Below, one piece after another: positions 50,214-59,956 of a stretch of 64,000 nucleotides of DNA (the stretch's first letter is position 1; the number at the start of each line of letters is the position of its first letter). The notes under the pieces were generated by a model, which was given only the letters and a program-made list of their open reading frames with translations, had not been told where the DNA came from and made no database searches. A program made the translations under genes and the position numbers. The stretch comes from an uncultured Bacteroidota bacterium (GTDB lineage: Bacteria > Bacteroidota > Bacteroidia > UKL13-3), in contig CAISCU010000008.1 of the NCBI GenBank assembly GCA_903883965.1, positions 3,405 to 67,404 of the forward strand, read 5' to 3'.

Positions 50214-50236
50214 TCTCTAAAAATTTGGTTATAAAA

Positions 50237-50623
50237 TTATCCGCCCAATAGGGTTTTCAAGTCATGCACCTGATTTTCCCATAATTGAATGGCATTTTTT
50301 TCATCAATTGGCTCTACATGGTCGGTTACTACCAAGGCCACATCATCGGTTAATTCATCTTGTAAAATTTCAAATTCAAAGTAATCTTCATCCGAAAAAT
50401 CTTTCCATTTAAAACGCATCGATTTGTTGACCGTCTTTCTTAACAACTCTGCGATGCTTTCGTCACCATCCCACTTGAATTTATAAAAATTATTGTAAAT
50501 ATCTACGTCATTACAGAACCATTGAGACAAACCCGAAGGCGAACTAATGTAATTGAACAGCATGGCAGGTGAGGCTTTTATCTCAAATTCCATTCTGATT
50601 TTCTTTTTTGTTGTTTTTCCCAT
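50237..50623 (-). CDS. SRPBCC/AHSA1-like small protein
   Basis: 128 aa; pattern 'WFCNDVDIY...FKW' resembles the START/AHSA1 fold family. Confidence 0.45.
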   Translation of the reverse strand: MGKTTKKKIRMEFEIKASPAMLFNYISSPSGLSQWFCNDVDIYNNFYKFKWDGDESIAELLRKTVNKSMRFKWKDFSDEDYFEFEILQDELTDDVALVVTDHVEPIDEKNAIQLWENQVHDLKTLLGG

Positions 50624-50811
50624 TTTAAAAAATTCAATGTTTAGGATTGAGGCAAATATAAATTTTTCATTGGCTTGACAAATTATTTTTGATTAAATTA
50701 ATGATATCTAAACAATTAATTTATTAAAAACCTAACTATCAGCCAATTAATTGAAACCCCACATTCAAAGAAATGAAACCCTTGATTTGAACTTAAAACC
50801 GACAATCACTT

Positions 50812-52008
50812 TTATTCAAAGTCCTTGTACAACAAATACTTGCGACGCACTAATTTATATTTAGCAATGCCTTTTGCCCAAGATTGACGGATTTGTTTTT
50901 CAGACATCCCCATCTCAATTTGTTTGCGCAAAAGATTTGTTCCTGCCAATTGGTTAAAAAATGGAGTAAAAAATGTCGGTTTTGATGAGTCGGCAATATA
51001 AAATTCTAGCAACCATTGCAATTGTATTCTTTTGAGTTGAGGTGCTGTTTCGTTGCCATTTTGCCTGAGTAAAAAACCTTTACAAGCTTGATTTTCATAA
51101 GGCGGATGATCGGCCACTCCTTTGATAGATTTAGGCACAAAAACAAAACTTCCTATACTTGATTTAGGTTTGCCCACACATTCAAAAGGAAACTCAGTTC
51201 CTCTTCCTAGGCTAAGTGAAGTCCCTTCAAATAAACACAAACTTGGATACAAATAAATAGCTGCCTGATTGGGTAAATTTGGGGAAGGCCTAATTGGCAG
51301 TTCATATTTGGTTAAATGGGTATAGCCTTTCATTTGAATCACTTTCAAGGCACACTTTATTTTTTTCTTTAACCATTTTTCACCATTGATCATTTGGGCA
51401 TACTCGCCCATTGTACAGCCATGAACAATTGGAACAGGATGCATACCCACAAATGAGTGAAATGCGGTGTCTAATATGGGTCCATCTATGTAAAATCCAT
51501 TTGGATTGGGTCTGTCTAAAACCATCAAGGGTATATTGTTCTCAGCACATGCCTCCATCACATAATGCAGTGTAGAGATATAAGTATAAAACCTTGCTCC
51601 AACATCTTGAATGTCAAAAATTAGGTAGTCAATACCTGCAAGGTCAGCAGCACTTGGCTTTTTATTTTTACCATACAAAGAAATAACTTGTAAACCAGTC
51701 AATGGATCTGTTCCCGATTGTACAACCTCTCCTGCACTGTGATCTCCCCTAAAACCATGTTCAGGAGCAAATACTTTTTTAATGTGAATGCCCAAACTCA
51801 ATAGGGAATCAACCAAGTGTTTGTTTCCAATACTTGCAGTTTGATTGACCACCATTCCTACAGACTTTCCTTTGATCAAAGGCAAATACAATTGGGTTTG
51901 AGCAGCACCAGTTAGAAGTGAAGCTGCCATAGAATGGAAAGATAAAATACATAAAAAAAGTACCAGTAGCTTATATTTGAAATTATTCATGAAGGTCAGT
52001 TTTTTCAT
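50812..52008 (-). CDS. DUF1343 family protein (exo-beta-N-acetylmuramidase NamZ-like)
   Basis: 'GIDYLIFDIQDVGARFYTYISTL' is the DUF1343 core; signal peptide. Confidence 0.8.
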   Translation of the reverse strand: MKKLTFMNNFKYKLLVLFLCILSFHSMAASLLTGAAQTQLYLPLIKGKSVGMVVNQTASIGNKHLVDSLLSLGIHIKKVFAPEHGFRGDHSAGEVVQSGTDPLTGLQVISLYGKNKKPSAADLAGIDYLIFDIQDVGARFYTYISTLHYVMEACAENNIPLMVLDRPNPNGFYIDGPILDTAFHSFVGMHPVPIVHGCTMGEYAQMINGEKWLKKKIKCALKVIQMKGYTHLTKYELPIRPSPNLPNQAAIYLYPSLCLFEGTSLSLGRGTEFPFECVGKPKSSIGSFVFVPKSIKGVADHPPYENQACKGFLLRQNGNETAPQLKRIQLQWLLEFYIADSSKPTFFTPFFNQLAGTNLLRKQIEMGMSEKQIRQSWAKGIAKYKLVRRKYLLYKDFE

Positions 52009-53209
52009 ATTTAAAAGACTCAGTTCTCAAAAAGGCAAGTCAAAAGTAGGTTCATCAACTCTCATTGTTAACCTTGCAACTGCTGCAGTAGCCATCAGTA
52101 TCATGGTCATGATTTTGTCTATTGCAATTGTTAAAGGGTACCAACTTCAGGTACGAAATAAACTAATTGGATTTAACTCACCTATACAAGTTACCCACTT
52201 AGATTTAAACAATAGCTTTGAAAATTCACCTATAGAAAGAGATACACTTTTTGAACAAAACTGCAAAAACACTGCAGGAATCAAATGGGTTCAAACCTAT
52301 ACCAACAAAGCAGGCATCATCAAAACCACCGATGCTTTTGAGGGCATTTTATTAAAAGGCATAGAAACCGACTACAATTGGGGTTTTATCCAATCTCATT
52401 TAAAGGCCGGTAAAATACCCAATTTAGACGCAACAACTCCTGAAATTCTGTTGGCATCAAATACTGTTAAAAAACTTAAACTACAGGTTGGACAACCCGT
52501 ATTTATCTATTTTGTAGACAATCCTCCAAGGGTAAGGAAATTGATTGTTTCTGGAATTTTTGATACCGGACTCAACGAGTTAGATGAGCGTTATGCTTTT
52601 TGTAAAGGCAGCATGATCCGTCAATTGAACCGTTGGCCTGTAAATTTTGTATCTGGCTATGAAATTGACATTACAGACTATTCGCAAATTGAACAACAAG
52701 CCCATGCAGTTGAGGGAATGACTTCATTAGACAGAGGCGTTAAAACCATTTTCCAAAATTTCCCTCAATTGTTTGATTGGCTGAATTTATTAGACATGAA
52801 TGTTTGGATTATATTGATTTTGATGACATTGGTTGCAGGCATTAATATGGTTACAGCATTGCTCATTTTAATTGTAGAAAGGAGTAAAATGATTGGAATG
52901 CTCAAAGCTATGGGTGCACGAGATACCCAAATTGGGCAACTGTTTTTACTATTAAGTAGTGGCATTCTGTTAAAAGGCCTTTTGATTGGAAATATTTTGG
53001 GTATTGGTTTGGCAATGGCTCAACAAAAATGGGGATTGATTGCGCTCAACGAAAGTGCCTATTACTTAAACACCGTTCCAATTGCTTTGGATTTAAACAG
53101 TTTCATTTGGTTGAATTGTGGAGCAGCTTTGGTTTGTTTTTTATTTTTAGTCATCCCTGTTCGATTTGTGAGCAAAGTTGACCCCATTAAAACCATTCGT
53201 TTCAATTAA
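51977..53209 (+). CDS. FtsX-like ABC permease (LolC/LolE-type lipoprotein release)
   Basis: N-terminal TM, large periplasmic domain, C-terminal FtsX 4-TM region 'ILIVERSKMIGMLKAMGA'. Confidence 0.8.
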   Translation: MKLFMKVSFFIFKRLSSQKGKSKVGSSTLIVNLATAAVAISIMVMILSIAIVKGYQLQVRNKLIGFNSPIQVTHLDLNNSFENSPIERDTLFEQNCKNTAGIKWVQTYTNKAGIIKTTDAFEGILLKGIETDYNWGFIQSHLKAGKIPNLDATTPEILLASNTVKKLKLQVGQPVFIYFVDNPPRVRKLIVSGIFDTGLNELDERYAFCKGSMIRQLNRWPVNFVSGYEIDITDYSQIEQQAHAVEGMTSLDRGVKTIFQNFPQLFDWLNLLDMNVWIILILMTLVAGINMVTALLILIVERSKMIGMLKAMGARDTQIGQLFLLLSSGILLKGLLIGNILGIGLAMAQQKWGLIALNESAYYLNTVPIALDLNSFIWLNCGAALVCFLFLVIPVRFVSKVDPIKTIRFN

Positions 53210-53215
53210 ATTTAA

Positions 53216-54010
53216 ATGTTTGCTGCTATTAAAAAAATAATTCCTGTTGGGTTCAAATACCCATTTTGGTATGTATTTAAAGCACCCCAACGAAAATTCG
53301 GAATTGGCTCAATTGGTAGAGATTTGCTGGGTATATTGAGGTATTTGTGCGCCCAAATTTATAAGACATCACCTTTAAAACCCATCAGTATTTGTATTGG
53401 AATCAAAGACAGAAATATTGAACTTCAAACACATGTACTCAATAGTCTCAAACACATTGCAAATCCTGAACTTGTTGAATTGTGTATTTTTGATTGTGGC
53501 TCAGAAGATAGCGCAACTCTAAGCACTATTATTCAAGCCAATACTACAGTAAAATTGAAGTTTCATTCTGTACAAATGAACTTTGAAAGGGCTTTTGCTT
53601 TGAACCAAGCAGCAGCTATGGCTCAAAATGAGCTCTTGTTTTTTACCGATGTTGATTTTGAAATTCCTAGGAACATTGTTGAACTGGTAAATAAGTATAC
53701 CCAATTCAATACCATGTGGTTTCCAATTGTATTTTATTTATATAAAAACAAAGAAAAAACTATTCGTAAAACCAATGGAGAATGGATGATTTGGGGAGGA
53801 AAAGGCCTGTTTGCTTGTTCCAAAAATACCTTTTTAACATTGGGGCAACTCAACGAAGAATTTAAAACTTGGGGAGCTGAAGATGAAGCATTTTGGCTGA
53901 AGTGCCATGCTTCCCAAAAAATCATCATTCGGAACAAGGAAAAAAGTTTAATCCACCAATGGCATCCTTCTTTCAATGAAAAATATAGAAAATTAGCACA
54001 AGCGCATTGA
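53216..54010 (+). CDS. GT-A fold glycosyltransferase (GT2/GT7-like, galactosyltransferase C-terminal motif)
   Basis: DxD 'FTDVDFEI'; 'WGAEDEAF' resembles the Glyco_transf_7C 'WGGEDDD' motif. Confidence 0.55.
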   Translation: MFAAIKKIIPVGFKYPFWYVFKAPQRKFGIGSIGRDLLGILRYLCAQIYKTSPLKPISICIGIKDRNIELQTHVLNSLKHIANPELVELCIFDCGSEDSATLSTIIQANTTVKLKFHSVQMNFERAFALNQAAAMAQNELLFFTDVDFEIPRNIVELVNKYTQFNTMWFPIVFYLYKNKEKTIRKTNGEWMIWGGKGLFACSKNTFLTLGQLNEEFKTWGAEDEAFWLKCHASQKIIIRNKEKSLIHQWHPSFNEKYRKLAQAH

Positions 54011-54032
54011 TTGTGCTACTTTTGTTTGCAAG

Positions 54033-54791
54033 ATGAGTCAACCCTTGGTTAGCATAATTACTCCTAGTTTCCAGCAAGCTGCATGGCTGGAAACCTGTAT
54101 GCTTTCTGTACTCAATCAAACCTATTCAAATATAGAATACATTGTCATAGATGGCGAATCTACCGATGGATCAAAAGATATCATAGAACGCTACGCCCCA
54201 AAGCTCAAGTATTGGCATTCAAAAAAAGATGCAGGTCAAGTCAATGCCTTGAACATTGGTTATCAAAAAGCCAAAGGTGATTTTATTGCGTTCTTAAATG
54301 CCGATGATGTGCTGGAACCTTGGGCTGTAGAAACAATCATTCGTGTTCATGAAGTAAATCCAGAATTTGGTGTGATTTATGGCAAATGCAAAACCATTGA
54401 CCAATTAGGCAATTTAATTACCGAAGGCCAAGGCGAGCAAATTAGGTTCGAAGGACTTGTTAGAAAAGGCATGTTACCAGCTATGTTTCAGCCAGCTTGT
54501 TTTTTTAATAAAGCATACCTTCGTCCAGATTACTTTGTAAATGAAAAATACCAATTTGCTTTTGATTATGAACTCATATTGCATTTAGCAAACCAGAAAA
54601 CCATCTTGTTTGTAAATAGAGATTTGGCTTCTTACCGGGTTCACGAAAAAAGTAAAACTGCCTTAAATGCTTTTGCAGCTACTAAAGAAAAACTAGCCAT
54701 ACAACAATTATACAACCCGGAAAATTGGCTCAAATGGAAATGGTTGTCCTTTAAAAACCTATTGGCTAAACTAACTGGCAAAATTCATTGA
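54033..54791 (+). CDS. glycosyltransferase family 2
   Basis: 'VSIITPSFQQAAWLETC...YIVIDGESTDGS' and 'FLNADD'. Confidence 0.8.
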   Translation: MSQPLVSIITPSFQQAAWLETCMLSVLNQTYSNIEYIVIDGESTDGSKDIIERYAPKLKYWHSKKDAGQVNALNIGYQKAKGDFIAFLNADDVLEPWAVETIIRVHEVNPEFGVIYGKCKTIDQLGNLITEGQGEQIRFEGLVRKGMLPAMFQPACFFNKAYLRPDYFVNEKYQFAFDYELILHLANQKTILFVNRDLASYRVHEKSKTALNAFAATKEKLAIQQLYNPENWLKWKWLSFKNLLAKLTGKIH

Positions 54792-55348
54792 TAAAAGGGC
54801 AATACGCGCATGGCCTTCATGAATCTTTTTTGGTAATATACAGCAGACAAACGGTCAATTCTAACCCCAGCACTGGTACTTGAATGTATAAATTGAATGT
54901 CATCACCTTTGTTAGAGATGACAATACCAACATGGCCAATTCTTTTGCTTCTTCGGTTTCTGCTTCTAAAAAACAACAAATCACCTTTGTCTATTTGATT
55001 TCTAGAAATTTGTATGCCATTTAAACTTTGGCCAGCAGATGTATGAGGTAACTTTACTCCAATTTGTTTGAATACTACTAAAGTAAAACCACTGCAGTCA
55101 AACCCTCTTTTGCCTGTGCCGCCTCTTGAGTAATGGTTGCCAATGTAACGCATAGAAATTTTCAACAAACTATCTGCCAGTAACTTACGCCCAATTTTGG
55201 GTTTTAAGTTGTTTGTTTGGGGCACCGAATCGCTGAACAAGGTAGAGAGCATGATGGTTGTATCAGACTTAAAAGACTGTGAAACAGCTTGTTTTGAAGC
55301 CCAAAAGCAACAAATAAAGCAAACAATATGGTGTATTTTAACCTTCAA
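54785..55348 (-). CDS. C40 family peptidase (NlpC/P60)
   Basis: Catalytic Cys context 'GFDCSGF'; His in 'GHVGIV'. Confidence 0.8.
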   Translation of the reverse strand: MKVKIHHIVCFICCFWASKQAVSQSFKSDTTIMLSTLFSDSVPQTNNLKPKIGRKLLADSLLKISMRYIGNHYSRGGTGKRGFDCSGFTLVVFKQIGVKLPHTSAGQSLNGIQISRNQIDKGDLLFFRSRNRRSKRIGHVGIVISNKGDDIQFIHSSTSAGVRIDRLSAVYYQKRFMKAMRVLPFYQ

Positions 55349-55409
55349 CTGATGTAAAAATATTTCATTTCTGTCAAAATAAATAGCTTATAATTGCAGT
55401 TAGCTAACT

Positions 55410-56222
55410 ATGAGGTATTTCGGAATTTTAATTTTACTGCTGAGTTTGTGCTTAGGGGCTTGTTCAAACAAGTACCAGAAAACACTTAAAAATTCAGACA
55501 ACCGGGCTAAACTCGAGCTGGCAGACTATTATTTTAAAAAGAAAGATTTTTTGAGAGCACAAAGTTTATACGAACAAATTGAAGATGTTTACTATGGTAC
55601 CCCCACTGCCGAACATGTTTTGTATAACAGTGCTGCTTGTAATTTTGGTCTAAAACAATATGCATTGGCTGGTTTTCAATATAAAACATATTTTGAAACC
55701 AATGCCACCAATGAAAAAGCTGAAGAGGCACTTTACATGAATGCTTATTGTGCTTTTTTAGAATCTCAAGAACCTGAATTGGATCAAACAGACACTTACA
55801 AAGCCATAGAAACTTTTAAAATATTTATCAATATTTATCCTGAAAGCAAATATGTCAATGAATGCAATTTGTTCTTAGATCAACTTAGAGAAAAATTAGC
55901 AGTAAAAGCATATAGAAATGCAAAGTTGTATTTTGACATGAGCGAATACAAAAGTGCCTTGGTTGCTTTGAATAACCTGCTCAAAGATTATCCAGAGTTG
56001 TCTCAAAAAGACGAAGTGGATTTTTTAATCGTACAAACCAGCTATTTGCTTGCTGTAAATAGTGTTCCTGAAAAACAAATTGAGCGTTACCAACTTACAG
56101 TCTCTGCTTTTGATAACTTTAGGGAAAACCATACCGAAGGAAACAAATACATGAAAGATGCACAAAATATTTACGAAAAATCGCTTGCTGCATTAAAAAG
56201 ATTAAACAAACAAAACAGTTAA
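55410..56222 (+). CDS. bamD: outer membrane protein assembly factor BamD (TPR lipoprotein)
   Basis: Lipobox 'LGACS'; TPR-like repeats; conserved synteny immediately upstream of rpoZ. Confidence 0.8.
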   Translation: MRYFGILILLLSLCLGACSNKYQKTLKNSDNRAKLELADYYFKKKDFLRAQSLYEQIEDVYYGTPTAEHVLYNSAACNFGLKQYALAGFQYKTYFETNATNEKAEEALYMNAYCAFLESQEPELDQTDTYKAIETFKIFINIYPESKYVNECNLFLDQLREKLAVKAYRNAKLYFDMSEYKSALVALNNLLKDYPELSQKDEVDFLIVQTSYLLAVNSVPEKQIERYQLTVSAFDNFRENHTEGNKYMKDAQNIYEKSLAALKRLNKQNS

Positions 56223-56245
56223 AAACAATTAATTACAATCACCAT

Positions 56246-56593
56246 ATGGCTATCAATTATCAAAACGTTCCAAACACAACCATTCCAAGAGATTTCAGAA
56301 AATTGGAAAAGGAAACTGCTAACTTGTATGAAAGCATTGCTATTATTTCTAAAAGAGCCAACCAAATTGGTGCTCAAATGAAAGAAGAATTGCATGCCAA
56401 ATTAAACGAGTTTAGTAACGACAGCGATACTTTGGAAGAAGTATTTGAAAACCGTGAACAAATTGAAATCAGTATGTTTTATGAAAGATTGCCTAAGCCA
56501 ACTTTAATAGCAACTGAAGAATTCTTAAACGAAAAAATCTACCATAAAAATCCTGAGAAAGAAAAAAGGATTTCTGAAGGAAGTACGATTTAA
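56246..56593 (+). CDS. rpoZ: DNA-directed RNA polymerase subunit omega
   Basis: 'NLYESIAIISKRANQI...LEEVFENREQIEISMFYERLPKP' closely matches flavobacterial RpoZ as I recall it. Confidence 0.8.
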   Translation: MAINYQNVPNTTIPRDFRKLEKETANLYESIAIISKRANQIGAQMKEELHAKLNEFSNDSDTLEEVFENREQIEISMFYERLPKPTLIATEEFLNEKIYHKNPEKEKRISEGSTI

Positions 56594-56604
56594 TTCATAC
56601 TTCC

Positions 56605-57804
56605 ATGTTGGAAGGTAAAAAAATTTTATTAGGTATAAGCGGGAGCATTGCAGCATACAAGTGTGCTGCTTTGACCCGCTTATTTGTTAAAGCAGGAGCT
56701 GAGGTGCAAGTGCTCATGACAACCAATGCAACAGATTTTGTAAGCCCCCTAACTTTGGCAACACTGAGTAAAAATCCAGTTCACAGCCAGTTTGTAAAAA
56801 ACAATCAAGGAGAATGGACCAACCATGTTGAATTGGGCTTATGGGCAGACATGATGATCATCGCACCTTGTTCAGCAAACACATTAGCTAAAATGGCGAA
56901 TGGCATTTGTGACAATTTATTGTTGGCTACATATTTATCTGCAAAATGTCCTGTTTTCTTTGCACCAGCTATGGATTTAGACATGTATTTACATCCAAGC
57001 ACTCAAGCCAATATTCAAACAGTAATTGGTTATGGCAATACTTTTATTGAACCCAATGCCGGTGAGCTAGCTAGTGGTTTGGTTGGGCCTGGAAGGATGG
57101 CCGAACCAGAAGAAATCTTCGAAAAAACTGTTAGCTTTTTTAGCAATTCGCAGCCATTAAAAAACAAGAAAATACTCATAACTGCTGGTCCAACCTACGA
57201 AGCCATTGATCCAGTTAGGTTTATTGGTAACCACAGCAGTGGTAAAATGGGTTTTGCCATTGCAGAAACATTTGCAAATGCAGGAGCCCAAATCACCCTT
57301 GTTTGCGGCCCTACACATTTACATGCAAAACATCCTAACATTCATAGAATAGATGTAACATCAGCAGCTCAAATGCACCAAACAGTAATGGAAAATTATG
57401 CCAGTACAGATGTGGTTGTAATGAGTGCAGCTGTTGCTGATTTTACCCCAGCTCATACAAGCAAAGAAAAAATTAAAAAACAAGGTGCTGATTTGCAATT
57501 ATCGCTAACCAAGACAACAGATATTCTTGCTGAATTGGGTCAACATAAAAACAAACAATTGTTAATTGGGTTTGCCTTAGAAACCAATAACGAAGAGGCT
57601 AATGCCTTAGAAAAATTACAGAAGAAAAACTTAGACCTCATTGTTCTCAATTCGCTCCAAGATAAAGATGCTGGTTTTGCTGGAGAAAGCAACAAAGTAA
57701 CTATATTTGAGAAAACGGGTAAAAAAACAGCATATGAACTCAAAAGTAAATTAGCTGTTGCCCAAGATTTGTTGCAACATTTAATACAATTGCTTCATGC
57801 ATAA
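56605..57804 (+). CDS. coaBC: bifunctional phosphopantothenoylcysteine decarboxylase / phosphopantothenate-cysteine ligase
   Basis: Flavoprotein N-domain 'KKILLGISGSIAAYK' and DFP C-domain 'ITAGPTYEAIDPVRFIGNHSSGKMG'. Confidence 0.9.
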   Translation: MLEGKKILLGISGSIAAYKCAALTRLFVKAGAEVQVLMTTNATDFVSPLTLATLSKNPVHSQFVKNNQGEWTNHVELGLWADMMIIAPCSANTLAKMANGICDNLLLATYLSAKCPVFFAPAMDLDMYLHPSTQANIQTVIGYGNTFIEPNAGELASGLVGPGRMAEPEEIFEKTVSFFSNSQPLKNKKILITAGPTYEAIDPVRFIGNHSSGKMGFAIAETFANAGAQITLVCGPTHLHAKHPNIHRIDVTSAAQMHQTVMENYASTDVVVMSAAVADFTPAHTSKEKIKKQGADLQLSLTKTTDILAELGQHKNKQLLIGFALETNNEEANALEKLQKKNLDLIVLNSLQDKDAGFAGESNKVTIFEKTGKKTAYELKSKLAVAQDLLQHLIQLLHA

Positions 57805-58702
57805 ATTGTTTAGTTTACTTTGCTTGGTTATGCTAATGGTCAACCCTATTGCAGCACAAGACTTTTACTGCAGGGTGCGTATCAATGATGCACAGGTTCA
57901 AATTTCAGATAAATCTATTTTCAGGTCATTGGAAAAAAGATTGCAAGAATTTATGAACAATACCAAATGGACAGGTGAAGTGATTCAAACTGTTGAAAAA
58001 CTCGACATGAACATCGAAATCATTTTAACTGCATACGACCAAAGTTCATACGAATACCAAGCTTCTGCCATTGTACAAACTAGGAGAACCATCTACGGAA
58101 CCAATTTTTCAAGTACCGTTTTAAATTTCAACGATGAAAACTTTGATTTTAAATACCAAGAACAAGACAATTTAGATTTTCAGGATGGAAGCTACCTGGG
58201 CGACTTGAGTGCCTTGCTTGGGTTTTATGCCTATTATAGCCTTGGCCTCGACTACGATACTTTTGGAGAAGAAGGAGGTAGTCAATTGTTTAATAAAGCC
58301 CTTCAAATAGCTAATTTAGCAGAGCAAAGCAGTGGAAGAGCTGGGTGGAAACCTTTTGAAAAGACCATTAGAACCCGTTACAATTTAATAGACAATGTGC
58401 TCAATGAAAGGTTCAAGCCTCTGAGAAAGGCATATTACCTCTATCACCGCCAAGGATTAGACCAAATGACCAAAGACGCTACAAAAGGTAGGAAACAAAT
58501 TTTCATGGCATTGGAACAGGTGAAAAAAGTTTTCAAAATTGCCCCCAATACCGTTATGTTATTAGTGTTTTTTGAAGCCAAAAGCGACGAACTGGTAAAC
58601 ATCTTTAAAGGTGGTGATGAAATAGACAAGCCCAAAGCAATTGCGTTACTTTCAGAGATCAATGTAGCCAATTTAAACAAATACGAAAAAATTAGAAACT
58701 AA
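57797..58702 (+). CDS. DUF4835-family protein (T9SS-associated PorD-like)
   Basis: Signal peptide. The position after coaBC is the conserved Bacteroidota context for DUF4835. Confidence 0.55.
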   Translation: MHKLFSLLCLVMLMVNPIAAQDFYCRVRINDAQVQISDKSIFRSLEKRLQEFMNNTKWTGEVIQTVEKLDMNIEIILTAYDQSSYEYQASAIVQTRRTIYGTNFSSTVLNFNDENFDFKYQEQDNLDFQDGSYLGDLSALLGFYAYYSLGLDYDTFGEEGGSQLFNKALQIANLAEQSSGRAGWKPFEKTIRTRYNLIDNVLNERFKPLRKAYYLYHRQGLDQMTKDATKGRKQIFMALEQVKKVFKIAPNTVMLLVFFEAKSDELVNIFKGGDEIDKPKAIALLSEINVANLNKYEKIRN

Positions 58703-58706
58703 AACC

Positions 58707-59426
58707 ATGAACAATCCTACTCCAAACCATTTACCACATGATGAAAAACATTTCACAGGCAGTGAAATGGTGAGAGACATTGTTATTGGCATGAGCGATG
58801 GATTAACAGTTCCATTTGCACTTGCTGCTGGTTTAACTGGTGCTGCTGTAGTTGGAAATGGCATTATTGTAACAGCCGGCTTAGCAGAAATTGTAGCCGG
58901 TTCAATAGCCATGGGACTGGGTGGTTATTTGGCGGGTAAAACTGAAATAGACCATTACAACAGTGAACTAGAAAGAGAATATTACGAGGTTGACCATTAC
59001 CCAGAAAAAGAAAAAGAAGAAGTGAGAGAAGTTTTTGAAATGTATGGTTTGAAACCTGAATCGCAACAACTCATTGTAGATGAATTGGCCAAAGACAAAG
59101 AAAAATGGGTGCAATTTATGATGCGTTTTGAATTGGGGCTTGAAAAACCAGATATCAATAGGGCCAGAAAAAGCGCTTTGACAATTGGGCTTTCATACAT
59201 TGTTGGAGGCTTTGTTCCTCTGACACCTTATTTTAGTTTTTTTACAGACAATCCTAAAGATGGTTTTCTATACTCTTGCATTGTAACTGCTTTGAGCTTG
59301 TTTATTTTTGGTTATTTCAAAACTAAAATCATTGGTCAACCACCTTTAAAGGGAGCCTTCAAAATATTGTTAATAGGTGCTTTGGCAGCTGGTTCTGCCT
59401 ATTACATTGCTCATTTATTCAATTAA
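58707..59426 (+). CDS. VIT1/CCC1 family iron/manganese transporter
   Basis: 'VIGMSDGLTVPFALAAGLTGA' is the VIT family motif. Confidence 0.8.
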   Translation: MNNPTPNHLPHDEKHFTGSEMVRDIVIGMSDGLTVPFALAAGLTGAAVVGNGIIVTAGLAEIVAGSIAMGLGGYLAGKTEIDHYNSELEREYYEVDHYPEKEKEEVREVFEMYGLKPESQQLIVDELAKDKEKWVQFMMRFELGLEKPDINRARKSALTIGLSYIVGGFVPLTPYFSFFTDNPKDGFLYSCIVTALSLFIFGYFKTKIIGQPPLKGAFKILLIGALAAGSAYYIAHLFN

Positions 59427-59438
59427 ATCATTACAATA

Positions 59439-59939
59439 TTGAAAGCGTTCAAATGCATTGCTACCGTTTTAGTTTTCATTGCTCTTTTGGTAAATAGCAG
59501 TTTGTTAAAAGCCCAAGATGCCGAAATTGGCAAACTCAACAATGGTATCTATGAACTCTCTAACCATTCTGATGCCATTCAAAAAGCAATTGAATGGACA
59601 TTCAAAGACGGAAGTAAGGTCATAGACTTAAAAATTGAAGAACTCAACCAACAAATATATTTAACAGCCAACTGCCTATTTCAAGGTAAGAAAAGGATGC
59701 TTGCCGTTGAACTGGATCAAAAAGGAAATTTGTTTGTACTCAAAGAAGATGGTTTTATCAAAACCTGCTCAGCGTTTGCTTGCGAAACTTGTAAATTCTT
59801 TTTTGAACAACACAAAATAGTTGCTTGTAAATGCGAAGAAACCGGAAGCATTAGCAACCATTGTCGGTTCAAAACCATTCCATCCACTCAATTGGTTCAA
59901 AACTTCCAAAGGGCATTGCGCCTTAAAAATTCAGACTAA
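59439..59939 (+). CDS. cysteine-rich secreted hypothetical protein
   Basis: Signal peptide; 7 Cys clustered in the C-terminal 45 aa 'CSAFACETCKFFFEQHKIVACKCEETGSISNHC'. Confidence 0.45.
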   Translation: MKAFKCIATVLVFIALLVNSSLLKAQDAEIGKLNNGIYELSNHSDAIQKAIEWTFKDGSKVIDLKIEELNQQIYLTANCLFQGKKRMLAVELDQKGNLFVLKEDGFIKTCSAFACETCKFFFEQHKIVACKCEETGSISNHCRFKTIPSTQLVQNFQRALRLKNSD

Positions 59940-59956
59940 CCTTTCAATCAATCAAC

